From the NCBI GenBank assembly GCA_965223415.1, contig OZ245002.1, positions 3,008,001 to 3,072,000 of the forward strand: a DNA stretch of 64,000 nt. Direction: 5' to 3'. This stretch comes from Myxococcota bacterium. Lineage in GTDB: Bacteria; Myxococcota_A; UBA9160; UBA6930. The notes beneath the pieces were generated by a model. The model was not told the origin of the DNA and made no database searches. It saw only the letters and a list, made by a program, of their open reading frames with translations. Shown here piece after piece: positions 19,086 to 28,092 of this stretch. How positions within the stretch are numbered: position 1 is the first letter of the stretch; each line of letters begins with the position of its first letter. A program made the position numbers and the translations under genes.

Positions 19086-20368
19086 CGCGCCACCTCCGCC
19101 AGATCGGCATAGAGGTCGATCGGCCGCTGCTCCGGCTCCATCGCCCACAGCTCCTGGAGGCGTCGACCCATGCGCCCGAGCGGTACGGGCGCCTCCACCC
19201 CCTCCGTGCTCGGCCCCTCGTAGTGGCTCGGGTCCAGCAGCAGGCGGCTTCGCGTGTGGCGCGGGTGCGCGGCCACCACCGAGCCCTCGGCCCAGACCTG
19301 CACCTGCCGGGCGCAGCCGCGCACCTCGACGCTCTGCTCGACGAAGCGGAAGGGGACGCTGTAGGTACGCCCCTCGAAGCGCACCGTGGCGTCGCGCCCG
19401 ACACGTCGCATCACGGCCAGGTCGAAGGGCTCGGGAAGCCGCTCGGGCAGGGCCCCGAGATGGGGCTTCTCCGCCTCCCACGCCTGGAAGACCGTCGTGC
19501 CCGTCGCCGGGCACTGCCGCCGGTGGCTCGAGCGCGCCACCTGGCCGTCCGTCCACGCTTGCAGCGACTCCAGGCTCTCGTGCTCCCGCCGACGCGGATC
19601 GAAGCCCCGCCGGTGCCCCAGGATCCGACGCTCCACCTTCCCCTTCTCCTGCGGCTGGCGGGGACGGGTGGCGTCCACGTGGAAGCGAAGGGCCCCGGCA
19701 TAGCTCGCGTAAGCCGGGTTCACCGTCCCCCATGGCCCCGCCCCCTTCGCCACCGCTGTCTTCACGTTGTCGACCCGCAGCACCGCCGGCACCCCGCCCA
19801 GCCGCTCGAAGGCCCGGTTGTGCACGTCCAGCCACGCCAGCGTGTCCGCCCGCTCCGACCACACCACCGCTTCTCGCCGCGAGTGCGAGAGCACCAGGTG
19901 GAAGGCATGCAGGTCCACCTCCTGGCCCCCGATCCGCACGCCCGGAAACTCGCCCCAGTCCACCTGACCCTGCGCCCCGGGCGGTGTCTCCACCCGACGC
20001 CGGCTCCGCACCTTCGGTCTCGGGAACCGGGCCCGCACGTACCGCTGCACGCTCTTGGAGCTCCCCGTGTACCCGTGCTCCTCCACCAGGAACTCGTGAA
20101 GCTCCTGCAGGTTCACGCCACGGCCTCCCGAGCTCGCCTCCAGCCACTCCGCGATCACCTCGTGGACCGCCTCGGCCAGGAAGGGCTTCCCGCTCCGGCC
20201 GTCTCGCGCCCCCTCCGCCAGCCGCTTCAGCCGGTAGCGCACCGCGCTCTCCCGGATCCCCAGCTGGCGGGCGATCTCCCGGTTCGAGCACCCCCGCTCG
20301 TGCAGCACTTCGATCGTCATCACTTCCTCCTGCCTCAGTCGCCGCTGCCCCACGCCCCCCTCCCTCAC
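19082..20368 (-). CDS. istA: IstA transposase
   Basis: Same translation as copy 1. Confidence 0.95.
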   Translation of the reverse strand: MREGGVGQRRLRQEEVMTIEVLHERGCSNREIARQLGIRESAVRYRLKRLAEGARDGRSGKPFLAEAVHEVIAEWLEASSGGRGVNLQELHEFLVEEHGYTGSSKSVQRYVRARFPRPKVRSRRRVETPPGAQGQVDWGEFPGVRIGGQEVDLHAFHLVLSHSRREAVVWSERADTLAWLDVHNRAFERLGGVPAVLRVDNVKTAVAKGAGPWGTVNPAYASYAGALRFHVDATRPRQPQEKGKVERRILGHRRGFDPRRREHESLESLQAWTDGQVARSSHRRQCPATGTTVFQAWEAEKPHLGALPERLPEPFDLAVMRRVGRDATVRFEGRTYSVPFRFVEQSVEVRGCARQVQVWAEGSVVAAHPRHTRSRLLLDPSHYEGPSTEGVEAPVPLGRMGRRLQELWAMEPEQRPIDLYADLAEVAR

Positions 20369-20451
20369 GGGGAACGTGCCGCGCAGCGGCTCAACAGGAG
20401 GTGCGCAAATCTACGTGTCCTCTTAGCCCTCGAATATCACGTCCTGCGACA

Positions 20452-20594
20452 CGGTACTGGATGACGAAGCTCTTGACGCCCGAAGGCTTGACCCGGACAC
20501 CGAATCGACGCAGCTCCTCGTCCCAGACGATGATCTCGCGCTCCCCCGGTGCTTCGAGGTCATCGATGGCCGTCTTGGTGAGGCGAATGCGCAT
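20452..20594 (-). pseudogene. int: Tyrosine integrase N-terminal arm-binding domain fragment
   Basis: MRIRLTKTAIDDL...VWDEELRRFGVRVKPSGVKSFVIQYR, then the IS end. Confidence 0.88.
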
Positions 20595-20613
20595 CCAGGG
20601 ACAACCGGTCTCG

Positions 20614-20632
20614 GGTAAGCGAGAGGTAAGCA
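20614..20632. repeat. GGTAAGC x2 arm-type repeats
   Basis: Copies at 20614 and 20625 (11-bp period), just upstream of the int start. Confidence 0.55.
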
Positions 20633-20764
20633 GGAACAAGCGCGATCGAGCGCATTCATGGTGGCACGCTCGCTCCAGGTTGTCATTGGAAACGTGTGTT
20701 ATTTCAGATGCTTATCGTGCTCTTGCGTACAGTCGCGAACGCATGAGAAAGTGAGCGAAGTCAC

Positions 20765-20821
20765 TAGAGCTGTTGCCTTCTAAGCAGCGGGTCGCAGGTT
20801 CGAGTCCTGCCCGGGGCGCCA
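20765..20821 (+). other. 3' portion of tRNA-Arg(TCT), att core
   Basis: Anticodon arm GTTGC-CTTCTAA-GCAGC, T-arm GCAGG-TTCGAGT-CCTGC, then CCGGGGCG-CCA. The 5' acceptor strand is absent. Confidence 0.85.
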
Positions 20822-20846
20822 GCACTTACGCGATTCGAGTTTCTCT

Positions 20847-20909
20847 ACCGTAAGCACACCGTAAGCAAATGGCGGCCGAATTGTGCCTAGGAGTTCTGCG
20901 CCGTAAGCA
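20847..20909. repeat. (A)CCGTAAGCA x3 arm-type repeats
   Basis: Copies at 20847, 20858 (11-bp period) and 20901. Confidence 0.65.
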
Positions 20910-21135
20910 CCACTTCCCGCCGGCGACCTGGGCAACTCGGAACCGTTGCACACGCGTCGAAAGACCAATTGAGAAGACCCTACGGGCTGGATCTTCAGCC
21001 ACGTTCGGCCGGGTCGGCCGCCTCTCAGGGGCCATGAGCTCGGTGGAACTCCGGGAAGCGCGGGTCGAGGCGCACTTCCTCTTCGATGAGGCGCTCGGCG
21101 CTTGAAACAAGTCGGCATCAAGATTCTCCTTCTGT

Positions 21136-21693
21136 CTAGCCGACAACGCCCCGTGCAATGACGCTAGGCACTTCTTCGGCTTGATTCAGCCGCTCGAGGA
21201 TCGGGCGTTCCAGAACCGCCTCCAATGCCCTTGTTGCCTCGCCGCCCTTGCCGGCACGCTCAAGGTTGACGAACTCTTCGGACGCGAGTTCGTGGGCGAC
21301 GAGATGATGTAGCAAGGTGTAGTCGACCGACTCGTAGGCGTCTGCATCGTTCGCCGCTTCGTCGTCCGGCACGTATCTCGTAAAGAGCTCGGGGTGAACT
21401 GTCGCACCGAAGTTGTCGAGAAAGGTCTGCCAGTCACCCTCGCCGATCTTCAGGCCTAGTTCGATACCGCCGCGATAGAAAGGAGGCTCGATCGGAGGCG
21501 GGACGACGCCCTCCGCCGATAGTGCTTGACCACACAGGAGCATGTTGGTCGTTTCGATGCGCCGAAACAGGTCGATCTTCCTTTTTTCCACGGGGTCTGA
21601 GCGGAGAAGGATGCCGGCCTCTGCCATCGCGGCGCCCGCCGCTTCGGCGCGGTAGCAGAACGAGAGCGCATCGACGTATTGATCACGGTTCAT
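21136..21693 (-). CDS. Hypothetical protein (possibly ferritin-like)
   Basis: 185-aa helical ORF with E...E...HE pattern. Confidence 0.6.
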   Translation of the reverse strand: MNRDQYVDALSFCYRAEAAGAAMAEAGILLRSDPVEKRKIDLFRRIETTNMLLCGQALSAEGVVPPPIEPPFYRGGIELGLKIGEGDWQTFLDNFGATVHPELFTRYVPDDEAANDADAYESVDYTLLHHLVAHELASEEFVNLERAGKGGEATRALEAVLERPILERLNQAEEVPSVIARGVVG

Positions 21694-21795
21694 TGATCGC
21701 CTTCCGCATGTGTAGGGCCGCGCTCGCGACTCGAGCCAGCACCCGAACTGATCTGTCGAGAACGGCGCGAGCGACGTGCCTCTATTCCGGCCGCT

Positions 21796-22953
21796 CTACC
21801 TGTTGACGATTCTCTCTGCTTCGGAGTTCAACATGACCTGGTCGTAGTGCTCCTGACTCTGTTTCGCCGTGCGACCGGCAGGCCCGTACTCGAAGACCGC
21901 GCTCCAACGGAACGGTCCTTCTTCGGAGGTTGGCGGCGTCCCCGCGTGAAGTCCGTCGCCGTAGTGCAACAGAAAATCGCCTGGCTCCGCGTCGACTCCC
22001 ACACCGAGCTGATAGTCGGGATCGTGGAACCGGAAACCGGCGGTACGCCAGGATCCGGGAAGGAAGCGAAGCTGGCCGGTTTCTCGATTGGCGGCGTTCA
22101 GGAAGAGGCTGCCATTCATGAGCGGACACATCAGCTTGTGTCCGCCGAGCCCGCAGTCGCGGTGCCACGGTTGGTCGGCCAAGGCATCAGACGCCATCCG
22201 CGACTGCTTATAGAGGACCGACACACCCTGGTCAGGTGTCGGTTCGAGATCGAACCGTGATAGTCCCACGATCTTCACCAGCCTCGGATCCAAGGGGAAG
22301 GCGCGCATCCGCGGATCGACATCCGCCTTGAGCACGCGCGCGAGAGTTCGACGTCCATCCTCGTGGGTGGACCACCAGGATCGTCCGTCTTCGTCGACCG
22401 CGTCCCGGCGCACCGTCGATGCGGCCTCGACGAGTCCCTCGACATCGGCGGGAGTGAGGACGTCGCGGACGTGGATGAAGCCCGCGGCATCGAGGAATTC
22501 AGCCATGCGCGTCGGGTCGTCGTCCGGATGGAAGGATTGGGCGGCGTCGATTTCGTTTCCGACGGCGTCCGAAATCGGTTGTGTGGGGTCCCACGGACGG
22601 AGCTCTTCGTAGAGGACGCGAAGGGCCGTTTCCCATTGAACGAAGTCGGTAGCCTCGCCCGAGAGGATCTTCGCCCGCTGGTTCATCAGAAGACCCATGG
22701 GCGTCTCGGTGGAGTCCCACAGGCCTTGCCAAGACGCCTCGGTCAGCTCGACGACGGTTGCCGCCTCTGAGCCTCGAGAGAGCGTGATCGATCCGTCCGC
22801 TTCCGAGTAGCACCAGGCACGCCCATTGCTGAGTCGGATCGAGAGGGGAGGGAGGCCGTGCGTTTGCGTGGCCGCGAGCGCCCCCCAGCCGTCGGCGATC
22901 CTGTCTGGGAGGATGCGTTCGTGTGCCAGGTCGAAATCTGCCATCGATTCCAT
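21796..22953 (-). CDS. Phytanoyl-CoA dioxygenase-family protein with SCP2-like N-domain
   Basis: WHRD, GQLRFLPGSW, AEPGDFLLH...HAG. Confidence 0.8.
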   Translation of the reverse strand: MESMADFDLAHERILPDRIADGWGALAATQTHGLPPLSIRLSNGRAWCYSEADGSITLSRGSEAATVVELTEASWQGLWDSTETPMGLLMNQRAKILSGEATDFVQWETALRVLYEELRPWDPTQPISDAVGNEIDAAQSFHPDDDPTRMAEFLDAAGFIHVRDVLTPADVEGLVEAASTVRRDAVDEDGRSWWSTHEDGRRTLARVLKADVDPRMRAFPLDPRLVKIVGLSRFDLEPTPDQGVSVLYKQSRMASDALADQPWHRDCGLGGHKLMCPLMNGSLFLNAANRETGQLRFLPGSWRTAGFRFHDPDYQLGVGVDAEPGDFLLHYGDGLHAGTPPTSEEGPFRWSAVFEYGPAGRTAKQSQEHYDQVMLNSEAERIVNR

Positions 22954-23041
22954 GTGGAGTCTCCCGTAGTCGATGGAGGTAGGTGCCCCGTGGTCGGGCG
23001 AAGCGCCACATTCGGCCAGTCCGCAATATGGGCTTCGATTC

Positions 23042-23066
23042 TTGCAAACAGGACATTATGTTGCAA
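23042..23066. promoter_or_regulatory. Candidate TetR operator in divergent promoter
   Basis: Imperfect palindrome TTGCAAACA...TGTTGCAA. Confidence 0.4.
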
Positions 23067-23106
23067 TAGTGGCGGCGGGCAACCGGCGAGCGAGGGATCC
23101 CACACG

Positions 23107-23712
23107 ATGAGCACGGTCGTTCGCGACAGCGGTCAAGAGACAGGCGCCCCCGGGACGATCCGTCCTGGCGGGCGTACGGAGCGGTGTCGACAGGCGGTGG
23201 CGGAAGCGGCGCTCGCGCTTCTTCGCCGCGGCCACACGGCACTTTCCCCCGCACTGGTCGCGGAGGAGGCCGGCGTCGCGCGAAGCACCGTCTATCGTCG
23301 CTGGCCGACGCGTGGCGACCTGCTGCGGGAGGCGCAGACGCTTCACACGAGCCGTCTTCGGGCACCCGATGCAGGCAACTTCGCGGAGGACGTTCGAGGC
23401 CTCGCACTCCGTCTCGCCCGCTTCTTCTCGGATCCGACCGAGATCGCTATGAACGTCGCAATGGCGACGCATACGGATCCGGACTTTAACGACTGGCAGG
23501 TCCAGGCTTGGAACGAGACGACGATCGAGCTCTCGAGTCCATTTCGCCGCGCGATGGAGCGTGGCGAGCTCCCGCGCGAAGCCGACGTCGCGTCGCTCGT
23601 CCAGATGCTCGTGAGTCCGATGGTCGTTCAGACGGTCTTGACCAAGCGGCGGGTCACTCGACGCGACGCCCTTCGGCTCGCTGATCAGGTGATACGTCTT
23701 GCATCGTGCTGA
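23107..23712 (+). CDS. TetR/AcrR regulator
   Basis: VAEEAGVARSTVYRRWPTR HTH. Confidence 0.9.
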   Translation: MSTVVRDSGQETGAPGTIRPGGRTERCRQAVAEAALALLRRGHTALSPALVAEEAGVARSTVYRRWPTRGDLLREAQTLHTSRLRAPDAGNFAEDVRGLALRLARFFSDPTEIAMNVAMATHTDPDFNDWQVQAWNETTIELSSPFRRAMERGELPREADVASLVQMLVSPMVVQTVLTKRRVTRRDALRLADQVIRLASC

Positions 23713-23727
23713 CTGAGATCGACATCG

Positions 23728-24168
23728 GTGAACCTCACGGGCGGCCAATCGACCGTCATCTGGTCGTTCCCTGTCGCGAAGTAGGTCTGGCTCGACCGGG
23801 ATCGCCGGCGCGTTCTCATCCTCGGCGGCAGGACCCTCGACCCGAAGGCAAAGCTCGCGGACGCGCCGGGACGCTCGCTCGACGGCTTCGACCACGTCCG
23901 CGTCTACATACGCTGGAACATCGCGAACAGCATCGAGGAGCACGATCAGGAGGTCTGGTCCGTGACGCTGGAGGGCCGGATTCCCTTCGCCAGCGCCGAC
24001 GGCACGGTTCGCCTCCACGCCGATGCGCTTCCGATCGGTGAGTTCTCGAGCGAGATTCCCGCCCGGCGCCTCGCTGCCGTGGTCGGCTCGCAGACCGGTC
24101 TGAAGATCCTCGACACCGGGCACGACAACACGGCCCAGACAGCCGCCACCGGCATCCCGCGCCGTTAG
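23728..24168 (+). pseudogene. Gene fragment with in-frame TAG (23782-23784)
   Basis: Coding-like frame interrupted by a stop; no recognisable family. Confidence 0.35.
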
Positions 24169-25018
24169 TACTGACGCAGCCGTCGTTGCACGTGCGCCTG
24201 CCGCACGGCGATCTCTGAGCGCCGCTCTTCCTCGGTGTACCGCGGGACGTCGTCGGGCAGGTGCTGGGCTAGGGCGTCGAAGCGGACCTTCGTCCCTTCG
24301 ATGGTAGGCCGATTCTCGCCGGCGGGCTCCTCGGGATAGGTGAAGCGGTGCACCATGCTGCCACGCGGCAACCCCGTCGTGTCGAGCCAGTTCCGGATGC
24401 CGGGATCCCGGTGCGCCACGACGTAGGTGATGCTGCCGTCGCTGCTTCTGTGGGCCTGGTGGTCGTTGCGGCTGCTCACCGCATTGGCGTAGTCCAGTGA
24501 CGCCATCCAGTAGTCGTACAGGTGGAACGCCAGTTCGCGACGCTCGCCGCCTTGCCCTCGATCCGGTACCGGTCCTCGGCGTCGATGGCGGCGTTCAGAT
24601 AGATCTGATCCGCGTTGTCGCCGGTCCACTTGTTCAGCAGGGTCATCGAACGGTTGAAGTAGGGGAAGCGGCCGTCCTGCTGGATCTCCTCTTCGATGAG
24701 TCTCGCGACGTAGCCGAACACGTAGCGGTAGCCATCGACCAGGTTCCGATCGGTCGGGATGTCGGGATCGATCCCGACCGGCGGGAGCGGAGACCGGGCC
24801 CGCAGCGTCTCGTCGATGCCGTCGCGGCCGCGCGAGATCCCGTCGACGAAGCCCTGCCAGGCATCCTGCAGCTCGGAGATCGACGGGTTGTCGGCGTAGA
24901 GCTCGGCAATCGCGGCGATGTCCGTGGTGCCGGCGCTCTCCTCGGGGGTGTCGGTGGCCCAGTAGATCAACAGCCCGAGGGCCACCGCAACGGCGATCGC
25001 GACCGCAGCCTTTCGCAT
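24165..25018 (-). pseudogene. DUF1214-like exported protein, frameshift or internal deletion near 24535
   Basis: N-part (signal, KWTGDNADQIY) and C-part (SLDYAN...VAHRDPGIRNWLDTTG) lie in different frames. Confidence 0.7.
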
Positions 25019-25102
25019 GATTCGTTCCTCGGTGGGTGATCGGCCGGAATTCTAGGATCCCCGTGCGCTGCGGACCCGACCGCCTGGGCGATTTTCGACG
25101 CC

Positions 25103-25260
25103 ATGGATCACGGATCGCGTCGGCATCGTGACGGGTGCCGCCACCGGGATCGGCCGTGCGACCGCGATCGCCCGGGCGCGAGTAGGCGCCCGTGGCGTCG
25201 TTCTCGCGGACATCGGCGACATGGCAGAGACCGCTGCCGGGGTCTCGAAGGCGGGGCGTA
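25103..25260 (+). pseudogene. SDR oxidoreductase N-terminal remnant
   Basis: RVGIVTGAATGIGRATAIA...VVLADI Rossmann motif, with no remainder of the gene. Confidence 0.7.
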
Positions 25261-25325
25261 GGAAGAAGAAGCGGGCTGTTTCGGGGGGGGGGGGCGACGT
25301 CCGATGACCCCTCGTGATGTCCAAT

Positions 25326-25431
25326 CCCTGGGGGAGTTCGGGCAGAAGCGGCCGTAGGAATCATTCGACCGGCCTTTTCATCATGCGGTAGCAGGGAGCA
25401 GCTGTCCAGCAGTGGTTGCGGAGGACCTTGG
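25326..25431 (+). ncRNA. Candidate yybP-ykoY (Mn2+) riboswitch
   Basis: GGGGAGTTC...GGCCG/CGGCC stem enclosing AATCATTCG...GAGGACCTTGG, upstream of a TerC-like gene. Confidence 0.5.
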
Positions 25432-25595
25432 CGAGGGCGTGGGCTTGTCGGACTCGCGGAACGCATTCCGGGAGAGCTGCCCGGGGCCTGTGTGGCAGCT
25501 CATGCTGCGGCCAGGCCGTCATGCCCGAGTTCCTAGGCCGGCCGTCGGGTCTGTACTTTCCCCGCGACACAGCTCGAGCGGGCAGGGGGTATTCG

Positions 25596-26405
25596 ATGGA
25601 AGTTCTGATTGCGTTTCTGATGGCGACTGTGGCCAACACCATCCTCGGCGTCGACGGCGGCGTGCTGGCCGACGTGCAGATCGGCAAGCTCGGGCTCAAG
25701 GAGCGCGCACACTTCTGGGCGCGATCGACCACGTTGTTCGTGGCGGCCTGCGTCCGTGTCGCCATGATCTTCGCGGTCTCGTCGCTCGCCTTCCTGCTCG
25801 AGCCGCAGGCCGACTGGTGGTGGCTGCCGAACCGCTGGTTCAGCGAACACCCCGAGGAGCTCCTGTGGCGGCATCTGCTGCTGTTCCTCGGCGCGGGCGT
25901 CGTCCTGGCGATCGTGATCTACGAGTACTGGCACGGCTTCCAGGAGGCGGCACTGGGCCATCATGTGCACCACGACGAAGCGACGAAGGCGCCGACCAGC
26001 GGGTTCGCGCGTGGCCTTCGCATTGCGCTCGCCCTGCTCGGCGTGCAGCTGTTGCTCGGCATCTTCGGCGTCGACCAGGTCTTCCTGATGATGTCGCTGA
26101 TGGACATCGATACCCAGTTCGGCTGGATGGTGACGAGCATCCTCCTCGCCAACCTCATCATGATCGTCGGAATGGTCCCGATCTCACGCATCATCCGGCG
26201 CTCGCCGCACACCAAGTTCCTGACGCTCAGCATGCTGATCGTGATCGCCGTGAAGCTCGCGATCGACGGCTCGGGCGGGCACTTCTCGGATGGACTGATG
26301 ATGTTCATCCTCTTCATGCTGCTGATGAACGATGGTGCGCAGGCCCTCAGAGACCGGCTCGTCAGCCAGCGCCTCGCCCGGGAGCAGGCGACCGCGGCCG
26401 CCTAG
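25596..26405 (+). CDS. TerC-like integral membrane protein (divergent)
   Basis: Two repeats ILGVD and IFGVD, multiple TMs, His-rich loop. Confidence 0.65.
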   Translation: MEVLIAFLMATVANTILGVDGGVLADVQIGKLGLKERAHFWARSTTLFVAACVRVAMIFAVSSLAFLLEPQADWWWLPNRWFSEHPEELLWRHLLLFLGAGVVLAIVIYEYWHGFQEAALGHHVHHDEATKAPTSGFARGLRIALALLGVQLLLGIFGVDQVFLMMSLMDIDTQFGWMVTSILLANLIMIVGMVPISRIIRRSPHTKFLTLSMLIVIAVKLAIDGSGGHFSDGLMMFILFMLLMNDGAQALRDRLVSQRLAREQATAAA

Positions 26406-26894
26406 TGTCGAGCGGTAGGACAGTCGAGACGCCTGACTCTCCCGCGACACCGTCGATTCCGGTGGTGTGGACTCTCTCGGGCAAAGAGCTCGAGGGCCTT
26501 GGTGAAGACGGTCCTCGCCTGCGTCGCGCCACCGGGTGATGGTCGCTCGGGGCCTCGTCGAAGGGATCGGATTCCTGAGAAATCGCGTCGCGAAGGGTTG
26601 AGCGGAGAGATTCGCAACAGAGTGGCGACCCCGTGAGGCGTCCTGCAAGTCCTCGACTCTTGAGATGTTCTTCGAATGGAAAACGGCACCGACCCAGGTT
26701 CGAAGCCCGTTCGCGACGCAAGCGATGACGGGGACTTACGAGCTTGAGAGTGGCAGGAAGCGGCATGGAGCGGCACACGCCGGCACCCATGACGGCACCA
26801 GGCTGGCGGCTGTGGTCCGAGAGCCGGGTCCGCGGAGATGCCGCCCTGCGTCATGTGGATCCGCCTCCACGGGAGCCGCTACGTTGCACTCACC

Positions 26895-27365
26895 GTGCTG
26901 GACCTGGCAGAAGAATTCCGCGCCCTGGTGGGCGCGCTCGAAGCGGCTCGGGTCGAGTTCGCCGTCTGTGGTGGACTGGCCGTTGCGATTCATGCGCAGC
27001 CGCGCGCAACGATGGATATCGATCTGCTGCTTCGATCCGATTCGGTCGAGGCCGCGAAAGAGGTCGCGCGGACGCTCGGGTACACGATCGAATCGGGGCC
27101 GATGGCGATCCGGCCCGATGTCATCGAGATCCAACGCCTCACGAAGGCCGATCCGGACTCGGGAGATCTCCTGAGCATCGACTTCCTTCTCGTGACGCGG
27201 GAGTTGGAAGGGGTGTGGGCGGGAAGGGAACGGGTGGGGTGGGAGTTCGGCGAGCTGCCGGTCGTCTCGCGCGCAGGTCTGATCCAGATGAAGCGTCTCC
27301 GTGCGAGCGGCCAGGATCTCGACGACATTCGCGCGCTCGAGGAGGACGACGATGGCGAAGCCTGA
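26895..27365 (+). CDS. Nucleotidyltransferase-family protein
   Basis: VCGGLAVAIHAQPRATMDIDLL, LIQMKR...QDLDDI. Confidence 0.85.
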   Translation: MLDLAEEFRALVGALEAARVEFAVCGGLAVAIHAQPRATMDIDLLLRSDSVEAAKEVARTLGYTIESGPMAIRPDVIEIQRLTKADPDSGDLLSIDFLLVTRELEGVWAGRERVGWEFGELPVVSRAGLIQMKRLRASGQDLDDIRALEEDDDGEA

Positions 27366-27489
27366 CATGTCTCGAAAGGCCGTCACGGTGCGGTTGATCC
27401 GAACGGCGCAACTTCGAAAGCTGTGTCTTCAGCTCGCGAGGCGGCCAACGGAGAAGAGTCGTGGCCAGTCGGGCGCCCCAGCGAAGTAG
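27352..27489 (+). CDS. Small basic protein coupled to the nucleotidyltransferase
   Basis: MAKPDMSRKAVTVRLIRTAQLRKLCLQL; overlaps the NTase stop; GGAGGA upstream. Confidence 0.5.
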   Translation: MAKPDMSRKAVTVRLIRTAQLRKLCLQLARRPTEKSRGQSGAPAK

Positions 27490-27575
27490 CGTGGCCCGCC
27501 CATCCCGCTCCGCAGGTCCGCTCGGCGGACAGGCTCGACCTCGCTTCGGAACAGGCGTCGTGGATGTGCTTGGCG

Positions 27576-27616
27576 AGACATCGCTGACACTACATTCCGG
27601 AGACATGGTTTACACT
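27576..27616 (-). mobile_element. IS end remnant (IS481-like)
   Basis: Minus strand reads GTGTAAACCATGTCTCCGG...GTGTCAGCGATGTCTC, a tandem subterminal motif. Confidence 0.45.
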
Positions 27617-27651
27617 TTCTCCGGCCCGAATGGATTCGGGGCGGGTTCCCC

Positions 27652-28076
27652 CCCGCACGGAGGAGTTCCTGAAGTTCCTCAGGACGATCGACGACAACGT
27701 ACCCGCCGAACTCGACATCCATCTCGTGCTCGACAACTACACCACGCACAAGACGAAGCGAACTCGGAGCTGGCTCGCGCGCCACCCTCGTTTCCACGTG
27801 CACTTCACCCCGACGTACAGCTCATGGCTGAATCAGGTCGAGCGGTTCTTCGCACTCATCACCGAGCGTTGCATCCGTCGCGGCGTGCATCGCAGCACGA
27901 GGGCGCTCGAGAACGACATCCGGAGCTTCCTGAAGACGACGAACGACGATCCGAGACCCTTCGTCTGGACCAAGAGCGCGGATCAGATCCTCGCGAGTGT
28001 GCGGCGCTACTGTGGTCGCGTCCTCGACGTCCACTCCGATTCGAATAGAGTGAATTCTTCTGGCACAGGACACTGG
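27652..28076 (+). pseudogene. IS630 transposase C-terminal fragment with right end
   Basis: [40 protein letters not shown]; end CAGGACACTGG. Confidence 0.9.
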
Positions 28077-28092
28077 GCACAGTGCAAGCGGC

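Larger units (their letters stand above)
18150..20451 (-). mobile_element. IS21-family element B, copy 2 (inverted)
   Basis: Same length, IRs and translated ORFs as 12044-14345. No TSD. Confidence 0.95.

Noticed and set aside
12044..20451. Composite transposon or simple inversion bounded by the inverted IS21 B copies
   Set aside because: No outer or cross-matched TSD exists. Both halves of int are co-oriented across copy 2, which argues against a net inversion of the interior.
20745..20821. Intact tRNA-Arg gene
   Set aside because: There is no 5' acceptor strand (GCCCCGG) and no complete D-arm, so it is treated as an att core.
20869..21121. Short ORFs right of the att core
   Set aside because: They have no recognisable motif or convincing start and overlap the att arm region.
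23782..23784. In-frame TAG as pyrrolysine or read-through
   Set aside because: There is no recognisable family or pyl context, and the region is full of pseudogenes.
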